From Laetmonice hystrix (lineage: Eukaryota), in the NCBI GenBank assembly GCA_965235115.1, contig OZ249449.1, positions 6,324,001 through 6,388,000 of the forward strand: a DNA stretch of 64,000 nucleotides. Reading direction: 5' to 3'. The notes beneath the pieces are model-generated. The model made no database searches and was not told where the DNA came from. It was given only the letters and a program-made list of their open reading frames with translations. Both the position numbers and the translations under genes were made by a program. This document shows, in pieces, positions 36,301 through 47,768 of this stretch; position 1 is the stretch's first letter, and every line of letters starts with the position of its first letter.

Positions 36301-39300
36301 ATAACATTTCAGGTATGATACATTACGTAATCTTGAGATTCACAGACAACTTGAACTTCATTATCTACTTCAAACACCCCTGATGCACGATTTAAATTTA
36401 GACTTCTGTCCGTTTAACCCCTTACCCCTCTTCTTTCACCCTACCCTGGTGAAACATTCTCACAGGGTCTGCAAATCCCCGGAGGCATAGACTACCCCTT
36501 GCCGGTTGAGAGGCACGTGTAAGGACCCCAGCCCCGCCCCCTGGCCAGGTTAGCTATCGCTGTCAGTGTGTCAACCCTTGCACATTCTGAAGTACATTCT
36601 CAACTTTACAACTTCTCACTCTTACACTCCATCTGTGACTTCCCTTTCGGCATGCAGTAAAGTTTCAGTCACACTGAGAGTTGAGAGCTAATGGAAGATA
36701 CCATTACAACAGAGGCGGAGATATGTCAGGCTGGATTAGTTACCTTCCGTGCAGTCGTCACTTTAGATTAGTGTAAAACGTCCAACACTGGGGAGACCTT
36801 GGCAACCTTTGGACTGCGATCTGTTCCAGTAATGTACAGTGTCCTTACGCGGAGTGACGATCACGAACGAAATGTCTGTAAGTCTCTTCAAGACGTTTGT
36901 AACTTTAAACCTCACTGGTCACAGTTTCTGAATTGGTATTTATCTCAGGTGTAAAAGTCCAGTGGTTCCGATACCGTGATCGGTCGAGGGTTGAGAGTGA
37001 ATGTTGTAGGTACCCACTCCATCAGTTCGGGTGCCCCATCATCTGGACTCTACCACTGCGGGCATGGGGTGGGGGTGGCAGGGAGCATGTGGGACATGGA
37101 CGGTACCATCAAGCAGGGGTGTCAGGTTGGCATCGCAGACGCTGGATCAAGCAGCCTCTAACCTATCGTGAACTTTAATCACTTCAGAGCGGACAACTTT
37201 TACGAATTATTAAAGGATATTGAACTCCAATACATTTATGCTAACTGAATTTTAAAGACTTTGTGAACGTGTATTATTCATACAGGGGAAAGTTTCCTTC
37301 AGAAACCGTTTTCCAACGACCTACTGGTCACAAAAGGAGCGCTCTATATTATTCTTCCCCATCTTGTGGTGGTTATCTTTGCTGTTATGTCTTTCCTAAG
37401 AAATCCAGATGCACTTTCAATCATGAAAAAATAAATAAATAAATAAAAAGTCACGGGAGAGTGAACATAAGGAATATCAAGGCGACAATTCCACGCTCCG
37501 CCACGTGCCTCGACGTGAATAGATCACGTGACAACACGTCCAGACGGAGATGTGCGAGAACTCTAATTGAGGAACGCCGTGTAAGGTCAAAGTCGTTTTT
37601 GTTACATTGTGCTCTGAAAAATGGTAAAGACAGCCGTCACGCCCCGCTGACCTCCACGGGTGGTTGAACACAGGATGGGGGTAAGGGGGTAACGCCTGCC
37701 ACCCTCTGATGTCAGCCCCCCTCCCGGTGAAATCCATGGTTCCAATCGTCAAAGATGGCGTTTGAAAATAACATGGGATCAAACGGTTCATACCTCACCA
37801 TGCGTTCTGTCTGAGTGCAAGGATCGAACCATTTACAACCACCGTGTCCACCTTTGACAGAATACAAAGATATCACAAATCAACACACTTTGCTTTCAAT
37901 CAATTCAAATTTACTCGTCCTGTGATCTTTCCAGTTATGTGTGTATAATAACTGACATAATGACCGTTGTCAACGAAACATGTGATTTTATTTGAGGGCA
38001 AGTCAGTTATCGACCTCTCAATCTCGTGTCCTGGTGGTCCCTTCAAAGCTTTTCGTCACTGTTAACAATTTTCTGTGGCCAACCTATCTCTGAGAATTAG
38101 GGGTTTACATTTCAGATGAAACGACTGCCCTGGAGGTAACGTACGAAACTAAAACATGTTCCCGAGAATATATTGTCTTCGTATACCAAAATGATCATAA
38201 AAAGTCTTCTTCAATCTGGCTTTATATAAATATACATTTCGAGCAACTCTGTTGTCTCGAATGCAAATTTAAAAGACCTTTGCGCTGAAAAGGTGATTTC
38301 AACGTTTTCAAAATCCTGAAAATCTAACAAGAAAATAGAATCTATTTTAGAACTTGTGTACAAACGTGAGGGTTGGTCAGAGACAATCACTTCGTTTTGA
38401 TTGTCGGTAAATTCCAACCCGAAGACAACCAGATGTCTGTTAACGCCTCATCATGGCCGGTTACCATGGCAACACCACGTGGGTAGAGACATCCTCATCA
38501 AGGAAGCAGTTACCATGGTTACTGAAGCGTACTGCTATATAAACACCATCCCTCACGACGCGCTGGCTTGATGATGGTGCTGTGGTAGGGGAATTTATCA
38601 GGGGATTCCCCATTATAACAATTTGGTAGTAAGAACTAGAAATTCCATCATTATTCCGATAGCACTGCATCTAACCCAAACTCCTGCCCCCGGTTCATTG
38701 ACCTCCCAGAAAAACGCATACCACACCCCTCACCCTAACCGAAATGTTGAAGAAAAATCTGACCTCCGCAGCTGGTTAAGTCATCAAAATCCACTTGTGC
38801 CCCAGGATCTGATACTCACTGTAATCATTGGTGTCACTGGTGAAACTCAAGCCGGGTGAAAGTTTGCATCAAAATCAATCAATTGTCCAAACTGACGGCT
38901 CTTTGTCAATCTGTGGAGGGGTGGGGGCGTTTAGGGATATATTGGATACGCCTCAAAGATCCTGAATAACATTAGGGATAGTAGGGATATTCAAAATTTT
39001 ACCCTGGATTGTTTTATCTACACACTGAGTCCTGTGAGAATGGTCATCGAATAGAAGGCACTTGAACTCGGCGTGGGTTTGCCACTTCCAGGGTATAGAC
39101 CTTACAGTGCGTTAGCAATCCTCGGTGTCATGTAACTGGAATTCCACAAGTCGCTCACTCTCAGCAGTTCTGGGGCCGTTAATTGGTCAATATTGGCCTG
39201 TCATGTAGATCCAGTGTTTACATGTGGTCTGGCATGTAAACACCAGAACCCCTGTAAGTCTGGAAGTGTTTACATGGTATAATACTGTGTCCAGATTATG

Positions 39301-39573
39301 AGGGTTAACCTTGCTGCTGGTTAAACTTCTTGAATTGCTTCAGTATGCTGGTATTGGTTGCCTCATTTTCTTCTTCTCTAGATTTTTTTTTGCGAGAGCT
39401 GGGATCCTTTCTTAGTTTTACATTCAATAACTTTTTAAAGCCGTAACAAAAACCCTGGTAACCTTTTTTTTTTCTTGTTGTACATATTTGAATTTGTTAA
39501 TGGGCATCTTACAGGAAAGAAATGGAATATTTACTTTTAAAACCAGGTGAACTTAGCGGAAAATCACCCTTAA

Positions 39574-39729
39574 GGCCGGTTTATAGTCCGTCGACCGACC
39601 ATCGGCCGACCATCGGCCGACCATCGCTTGACGTTAGGTCAAAGTTCACCTAGGTTTAACTCTCAGCGATCGGTCGGCCGATGGCCGGATCGCTGAACTA
39701 TAAACGTCCAGCGATGGTCGGCCGATGGT
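39574..39729. mobile_element. Small inverted-repeat element (MITE-like) with internal 11-bp tandem units
   Basis: Begins GGCCGGTTTATAGTC after TTAA (39570-39573) with a partial match GAACTATAAACGTCC near 39695-39709. ACCATCGGCCGACCATCGCT (39609-39628) is the exact reverse complement of 39710-39729. Confidence 0.6.
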
Positions 39730-39998
39730 ACTTTTATACCATTATATATAATGGTATTCATAAAAAATAACTATGAGCCCCTTCTCTGAGCAAATATCAA
39801 ATTTATTTCTATGACACAAAGTCACAAACACTTCACAATAAATTAGTACCTTATATTCCAGTCGAAAATGACCAAATACCACACGTACGTGCCGCCCTCA
39901 TACACACCTACAATATTCGCGGAGAATAAAATAATTACATCCATGGACTCAATAGCCATGAAGCTAAACTCATTCATGCCAATCACCTTTAGTTTCAG

Positions 39999-40192
39999 AA
40001 TCACAGAAACCGCGTTGCCCTGGCGGACCCCCAAAGTTCACAAGTGGCCTCATGTCCTCTTGGAGAACCTTACCGGATTACAAACCCCTGTGCCCCATTC
40101 AGTGAGGCGGACTGGAACCTTGGAGACCGAGACCTTAGTGTGTCCTTCCGGGACCTATTGGGTTCCACACTCCACACAGTCGAAGGCTCTCG
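39999..40192 (+). CDS. Candidate internal coding exon, unknown product
   Basis: Acceptor ctttagtttcAG, donor CG|GTATGT. Two frames stay open across 194 nt (phase 0: NHRNRVALADPQSSQVASCPLGEPYRITNPCAPFSEADWNLGDRDLSVSFRDLLGSTLHTVEGSR). No recognisable homology. Confidence 0.3.
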
Positions 40193-40477
40193 GTATGTCT
40201 ACAAACCTCCTTAGCACCACTGAGGTGGTCCGTCGGCATTGTGTGGCCGGTCCATCCGTTACTCCTGGTCCTTGTGATTACGACCCTGCCGCCTTGTGCC
40301 TTGTGACCCAAGGTCGCCGGGGTAAGGGGGTATTTAGTTCCAACCCCTCAGGGGACGCTGGCTGACCATAGCTCACCTGGACACACCTCACTGGGGGGAG
40401 GGGTACAGTGAGGTACGGGTTGGTCTTCTCTCCATCACTGTCAAAGGGCTTGTGACCATCTATTTATTACACATCAG

Positions 40478-40523
40478 GCTGGCCTTCGGAATAGATCAAG
40501 AAATATTCGCCATTCTCGATTAG
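40478..40523 (+). CDS. Candidate terminal coding exon, unknown product
   Basis: Acceptor tctatttattacacatcAG. It continues the phase-2 frame of the 39999 candidate as (R)LAFGIDQEIFAILD* with the stop at 40521-40523. Confidence 0.2.
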
Positions 40524-43500
40524 GCTGGCTACGCTGACAAGATGCATGAGCAGGTCCTCAGGAGGGTTTTGTAGGCTGCTCGGCCCTCGTAGTGAACGCC
40601 AAGAGATCTCGCTGCCATTTGGAACACTGGCCATATGCCTACATAGTTCTCTTACTCACAGCTACAGGTCACCAACGTTCGTGTCTCCCATCTTAAAGAA
40701 CCTCGTGGTGTACCCACTGACGGTTTTTTGTTTGTTTGTTTTACTCAATCTATTACTAAATGTGACCTGATATTTTGTCCAAAATATAATGAAATAACAA
40801 TAATTAAGATAAAAAACAGGTATGAAATGCTGACAACTGACATCATATGAACTATCTAAAGATATATAATGGGAATGCTCGGTGTCATACCAGAAATTCC
40901 ACCTGCCAAAATGTATTACAGCTGAAATGAAATTATGCTAATCTTATCATACCTTGGCCCAGTCATGCATACAGCCTTCCCGTGCCATAGTTCCCATCGA
41001 ACCAGGCCCTATTTCAACCCATTCATTCCATAGGCTACTGAGCTACATATGATGTTGCCCTCTTTAAAAGTAAGCGTAGCCCAAAACAACATACTAGAAG
41101 AGTGCGTTTCCAACTCCGAAAGCTCATCATCCTGAACATGAAAGTTTTGACTTTCTGAACCCTGATGTACGCAACAGACAAGGGGTCAGTGCACTCCATG
41201 AGATATGCTTGGACCACAATCTAACTAGGTCACCACGTGGGTCTAATTACTATGGCAACATCACCAGCCTGTACCATTATGTAGAGTCGGAGTGGTTGTT
41301 AAAGTACTGCTGCTGTAACGTTGTATAAAGTGTCTGCTGCAAGTCTGCATAATGAATTTAGTTTGTGTAACGTTGCAAACGTTGCGATCTTTTGTCCCGT
41401 TTGTTCCCATTAGAAACTTTATGGGTCTTACTGGAGATGGTTATGCTATTGAATTCTCCTTGGGAAAATCTGGATATTTTCCAAAACGTACAATGTGCAC
41501 ATGTGATGAAGACGTTTGAAACAAGTAGAGAAACAGTCCAAGGTCAGACGACTTTCGCTTGGGACTACTGCTTCCATCTGGCGGCAGTGACAGGCGGTGC
41601 ACGGGTCTTCAGTGAACCTCACTTTGACGGATAGCGAGTTATATTTCTTTCTTTCAGCCCTTTTTTTCTGTTTCCCTTTTCAAAAAAATAATAATTACAC
41701 AGATACATCAAACTTATGTCAACACTTCAATAAAAGCTCAGCCCTGTACGGCCCCCTGGTGACGGCCATTGACACTACGGGAACCTGATCCGACTATTAC
41801 CGTGTCAGCGTCAATACGTTAGTCAGTCTCAAGTCAGCAACAAAATCTGATATTATTCTTGGGATACATTAATGTTAACAGATATAGACTAAATAACCAT
41901 TAAAAATTACACAAATAGTATATAAATTATTAGGGTCCCACTAGCTGATAATGATTGAGGGGGCAGAATCAAAGTTGGCAAAAATTTAGCAGCAACCTCG
42001 CTCTCAAACTTTACCATATGATCGCCAAGGATATTCTCAGAGGAAAAATGATACCACCCTTTTAATCACTCAAAATAACTATCAGCGAAGTAGGGACCAC
42101 GTTTTTCAAAACGGAAACCAGTGACCAAATCAGGTCGCATTTGTCAACTTTGGGTGCTGGTCTACTTATTCTTAAACGATACCAGATAAACCGTCACCAT
42201 TGCCGACCCCGACCCCTCCTCCCCTCAGGCCATGACCGTTCCGAGACGTGGCCAGGATTGGATCTTTCCTCACCTCACTCATGGAATGTCCCCTGTCGTA
42301 TGTAACACTCCAGGACAAAAAAAAAGTCCTGACTGAAATTTACAATTTAGGACAAAAAAAAAACAAACAAAAAACAAAAAACCTTGGTGAGTGAAAGTTC
42401 CCAGATCATAACTCATGATTATCTTGATCACAGCCATTGTGTACTGTCGTGATCGGGTCAAAGTACGTTATTGCAGAACTTTACAGTATTCCTCTAAACA
42501 GTTTACGGTGGTGGTGGGGTTAGGGGTGGGGGTGGGGGGTGGGGGGGGGGGGGTAGGTTGTTAACCAGCTAACCTGATATGTAACAAGATAACCTTATGG
42601 TTTCAGGTTTTCTGAGAACATTGTCAGAACAATACAGCATGTGCTCACAACAAATACTATATGGACTTCTATTAGCGGCCCTAAAAAAATCATGTTAGAT
42701 TTCTTCGCAAAATACGAGTACCATTTACTGTACAATTCATATAATATATCATTCATATAATTAGAGCGACAGAGTTAACACTGGACTTCAATAAAATTGA
42801 AAACAGGTGCTCCTCATTCCCCAACCTATTCCTCTCGATCTTACCCGATCATATTCAGTGAAAACACTCAATTAAAAAACTTTACTGTTTGGCCTGGCCA
42901 TCTGACCACCAAACTGAACCTTCAGTTCCAGCCGTATCCACCAGGTGGCACTGGCTACCAACCCGTCCGACCCTTCCAGTACGTGGGTGATGAAAATGTC
43001 AACCTCCTGTGATCTTACCCCCTGTCAGGGGAGCAGGAGGGGTAAATACTACCCTCCCCAACTGCTACACACGCCCCCCTATTCAAGCCTCCTTTTTCCA
43101 CCAACTTCCCCTCAGGGTAACCAGTAGGGGCCCCTAAAACTACCCTAATTGACAATGGTCAAACCGGTAATCAGGCAAGCATGAGTGACAATGGGCCCAT
43201 TATTAATGACCCAGTCTCACCCTCACGACTTTAGTTTAGGGTGAGGGTGTTACAAATTGAGGTGTGACTTCGGTCAGGTAGGAAGATTGTAGGTGGGGGT
43301 GTTTGGGGAGGTGGAGTGACCTGGTATTTAATTATGGTATTGGTGCCTGCCCCTACAGGCTACATGTCTGGGGTCTGTGTCGGAAAGACTGCGTGCACTT
43401 GTGATCAGGAATACTTCAGTGTATACCTCAGTTTTTCCTTTCTAAATCATCTACACTAATATAAGCATGTCGCCAGTTTACACCATCGGACTTGGACATA

Positions 43501-43985
43501 ACTTAGAAATCAGGCAGATCTGTAGTTTGTATGCATGAACACAATAAATGGACCCCCCCCCCCCCCCTTAACAAAAATCCAAACTCGATGCTTTAGGTCA
43601 TGTATTATTTACAAATACAATGTATCGTATTAAGCTTGGCTTGACTCGTGCCTCAATGTTGGGTGGCCCAAGTATAGTCCGTCCGCCCGTCCCTTTGACC
43701 GCCCTGATCAACTTGATCAAACAGTCAAACTCAAAGTCTAGTCTCTCATGGGTTTAGTCCGGCCACGAACTCCATTACCCGCTGGCTGCCCGCCTCTCTC
43801 TGTCTCTCTCCGCCTCTCTCTGCCTCTCTCCAGCGAACAAAACGTGACTTAAACCCCAACACAAACGCAATTACCCGAGCTCCCGTATCATGGCAGGAAC
43901 CATCAACAACTTCACTGACCGCTGATTGGTCGTATTGTGAGGGCGTGACTGGAGACAACGGGCCGCCTTCGGTCTCAGACTCTCT

Positions 43986-44368
43986 NNNNNNNNNNNNNNN
44001 NNNNNNNNNNNNNNNNNNNNNNNNNNNNNNNNNNNNNNNNNNNNNNNNNNNNNNNNNNNNNNNNNNNNNNNNNNNNNNNNNNNNNNNNNNNNNNNNNNNN
44101 NNNNNNNNNNNNNNNNNNNNNNNNNNNNNNNNNNNNNNNNNNNNNNNNNNNNNNNNNNNNNNNNNNNNNNNNNNNNNNNNNNNNNNNNNNNNNNNNNNNN
44201 NNNNNNNNNNNNNNNNNNNNNNNNNNNNNNNNNNNNNNNNNNNNNNNNNNNNNNNNNNNNNNNNNNNNNNNNNNNNNNNNNNNNNNNNNNNNNNNNNNNN
44301 NNNNNNNNNNNNNNNNNNNNNNNNNNNNNNNNNNNNNNNNNNNNNNNNNNNNNNNNNNNNNNNNNNNN
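43986..44368. other. Assembly gap (N run)
   Basis: 383 N, bordered by CT/TCAC simple repeats. Confidence 1.
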
Positions 44369-46339
44369 GATGGCTCAGTGACTGAGTGAGGGAAGGTGTG
44401 CAGTTCTTACCTTTCACTCCGACCCCTGCTTACAGAGAAAATACCTGTAAATCCATGTCAATGAATAACATACCTTGAGACATGTAAACCTTCAGTGTTC
44501 CGGCATTAACGTGACCAAACACTTCAAGGTCATACGCTTTAAGTCGGAAGGTCAACACAGATGTGATTAATGCCAGTAATTGCCCGCTTCCCTTATTCGA
44601 GGTGGTAGCTACCATGAGGGACGCCCGAAACAAGTTTCACTGTGAGATATTGAAACACAACTTGACTTGTAAACCCTGAAACCAACACTTAATAATCTGG
44701 TAGAGAGGGACATCCAATTCCAGACTTTTTACTAACCCCCCTGGTAAACCTCCATGAACACCAGATCAGAGGCTAACTGAGTATATCATACCCTTTCATG
44801 TAAAAACCAATGTTATTGTTGTGTCACACTTGACGAACTCGACACCTCAAACAATTAGTGTGGTTTGGTTGCCCCTCATCAGGTAACGAACCTTCGGCCA
44901 GTAACTGAAGGATAATTACATCATCATCATTAGATTAGATTAACCCTCGCTATACGTCAACATCACGTGATCGCGTTCAATCGCAGGCAATGATCGGGAC
45001 CTCCATTAGTATCGATAATGGCCGCTAGGCGGCTCGCGCTCCAGGGCCGCCACCAGGGGGCTCTGATGTAACCGTTGCTTCCCGACATCCGAACGGCACG
45101 GCGTTCTTAGCTCATAGAGCATTATGTACACATGATCCATGTTTATAGCCCATGTGATGTGGGTCGGGGGGGGGGGGGGAGTGGACCTCTTTGGAGAAGT
45201 GGACTATCATTATTATTACAGATAAAAAAGTTTTGGCAACTACAGCCAGGGTTTCTTCTCTTGATGTAGAAAGTTCTACACCCCCCCCCCCCCCTCCACG
45301 GTCACTGGCTTGTACCTGCTTGGTTTAAATTCACTGGTACCCTGGGAGAGTTTAGAGTTCTAACTCCTGTTCTTCATGTAGGCCTAGCTATTTAAAACTT
45401 CTACTTCTCCTCTTTCAAACTGACAAGGAAACCTAATCATCACCCTATTATATCCCCACTGTCCTACTTGTGTGCGTTAAAGCAGGCCACTCCATGACTC
45501 CTGTGAACGTGATCAGTTTTTATTTGGTTTGAGAGATGTTGGACAAGTAGATGGTGACATTGAATGATGAGTTCGGTGAGCTGAGATCTCAGCGGTTGGG
45601 TTTGAGACAGCGACAATGGATCTCCACCCACACCGAGAGTGCTGACCCCTGGCGGCCGAGACAATGGTAGCCCTGACCTCATCAACGGGTGACGGTGACA
45701 TAAACCACATGGCGCCCCCTGGGGCCGACTGCGGGAACCAGTGGTGGGGTTATATCTGATATTGATACAGAATGGACGGAGGGCGTTCATAGGGACACAC
45801 TGATACTGAGAGCAACACGGGATTCTAAGAAAACTGACACAAATGTCTACTACAGGGAATGACAAAAAAAATTATGTAAAAAAAACTCAAGTCAAGATTT
45901 GAATCAGGATTTGGGGTCACATGGTCTGTCAATATTTATAAGAGAATACCATAAACCCTCTCGCGTATTTGAATTTAAAATTTTATTACAGATTATCGGC
46001 TAAAGTAGGGGCCTAATCTAAATCTACTGGTGTAAAACCACAGATCCTATAACTAGGGTGGTTTAATCAAAACTCCAAAGTTTGATCTCTCACTCAAGGG
46101 GCGGGGGGGGGGGGGGAGCAAAAAGTCTACCTTTTTATAAATAGGCCTAGGCGCGTTCAGATATGTTTCCTGGGCAGCCCAGGTTTCTGAAAAAATGTCA
46201 TGATCAAAACGGGGTAAAAAGACTTAAAATTCCGCCATTATAAAATGATATCCTCGTTTTATACTTATAATATAATCATACCCTTTCTTCTTCACTGTTA
46301 GTTTTGGCTTTAATATTAGTTGTTGTTCCTCCTAAAAGT

Positions 46340-47659
46340 TCTGCATGATGCGCGCACTGTCCACCGGAGCGACCCGGGCGGTGCCTTGTAATTGTATGTC
46401 CACCTGGCGGTTATAACGAACACTATTCGGAGGACCCCGTGCGGTGGGTGTAGCAAGCTTGTCTTACGTTGTCGTTGTCTAACTTTAGTTCGGCACGAAA
46501 GACCAATTAGACCTCGGTTTGTTTGTACTTAAATCTCCTGCCATCAGTAAAGTGTTCACTCCAACTAATCGCCTAAACACTTAAGTGTTGTTTCCCAACT
46601 GGAAAAAGACACTCGGCAAGCTTGTTAGCACTGACACGTAAAAACAAAGAGTTCGTTAACGACAGTGGCGAGGATCAAAGTCCCCATCAGCGCGTTCTAC
46701 CACGCCCCCAAGGGGCCACCCAAATCATGTTTTGACACGCAACCACGTGCCAGATCACAGGAAAATGACGACAGTCTCTCTTTTGATGTGTTGTGATATG
46801 CACTCATCGGGATTCTTGGCCCCTCATCCAGCTGCGCTGCTTCGAAGTTCGTCAAACTTTCCACAACAAAGTATCAAAAATCGCGCGCGACTTTGAAGCA
46901 ACGCTTTCCTACTTCTACTTTTCTATCGAACAACAATTAGGCCTAGGCCTAGATCTACTCGACTACTGAAATGCTTACCTTCGATAACCAAACGTTTGCC
47001 CCCTCTGACACGGACGCAAGGGCACTGGGAAATTATTATCTTGACTTTTGATGATGCTTGCACGCGAGTGAAGTCCTAGTAACCACTAACTTGGCCACCA
47101 CCGCCGCCGCCGACTGATTGACCTCCCCTACCCCGGTCTCTGCGATCCCAACCCGAAACTCGCGTCCACGGACAAACCACATTAAAACACGCTAGATAAT
47201 TAATCAAAAACCCACTTGTAACCTGAGCAAACCATCCTAAAACCTACCCCACCTTTACTACCTCATTACTATGTTTGTTTCTGGGACATTACCAGAGGAG
47301 ATCGAGTTCACGGATTGGGTTTAAAAAAACTTTGCGGATCTTGAAACGGTTGAGTGGCGGCACCGCCCGCATGTCGACCGGGGCGGGCCGTCGGTGGGTG
47401 AAGACGGGACCGCACCGACTGGGGTGGCTATCGCCCGGCGGAGTGTCAGATTTCGCTTGGCACTCGCAGCCTGTAGACGTTGGCATTTTGATTCTCTGAG
47501 TCCGCCGACCTGGCTGGCGTATCGCTACACTTGGCCTACACTGCTGCACCCCATTAGAGGTTGGAGTCAGAGAGACAGAGAGAGGGAGAGGGAGTCTCAC
47601 ATGTGATTTCAATATTGCTGTCGAGTGCGGTAGAGTTTGTCCTTCATGGCAGTCCGAAG
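46340..47659 (+). promoter_or_regulatory. CpG-rich putative promoter / 5' UTR region
   Basis: Visibly CpG-enriched relative to the window (for example CGCGCGCG at ~46881 and GGGGCGGG at ~47380), directly upstream of the signal-peptide exon candidate. Confidence 0.4.
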
Positions 47660-47768
47660 ATGAGGAAGTCTCAGTGGAGTAACTTTGTGACGGGGACTTG
47701 GAGCATGAGGCGGCCGCCAACAATCGTCGTCTTCGCCGTGCTGGCTGCGGTGATGGGGATGAGGCTTG
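47660..47768 (+). CDS. Probable first coding exon of a secreted or membrane protein (signal peptide), rest of gene not identified
   Basis: In-frame ATGs at 47660 and 47705 give MRKSQWSNFVTGTWSMRRPPTIVVFAVLAAVMGMRL, with a basic n-region and hydrophobic h-region, ending at a consensus phase-1 donor G|GTAAGT (intron starts 47769). Confidence 0.55.

Noticed and set aside
39843-40034. Minus-strand ORF with GGTYVWYLVIFDW resembling an SLC6 transporter segment
   Set aside because: Similarity is short and low, the ORF is bounded by stops without suitable splice sites, and it overlaps a better plus-strand exon candidate.
43746-44417. ORFs spanning the second gap
   Set aside because: Their length comes from the N run.
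45505-45712. Minus-strand frame with three in-frame TGA codons as a selenoprotein exon
   Set aside because: No splice context, no recognisable selenoprotein motif and no SECIS seen; consistent with chance.
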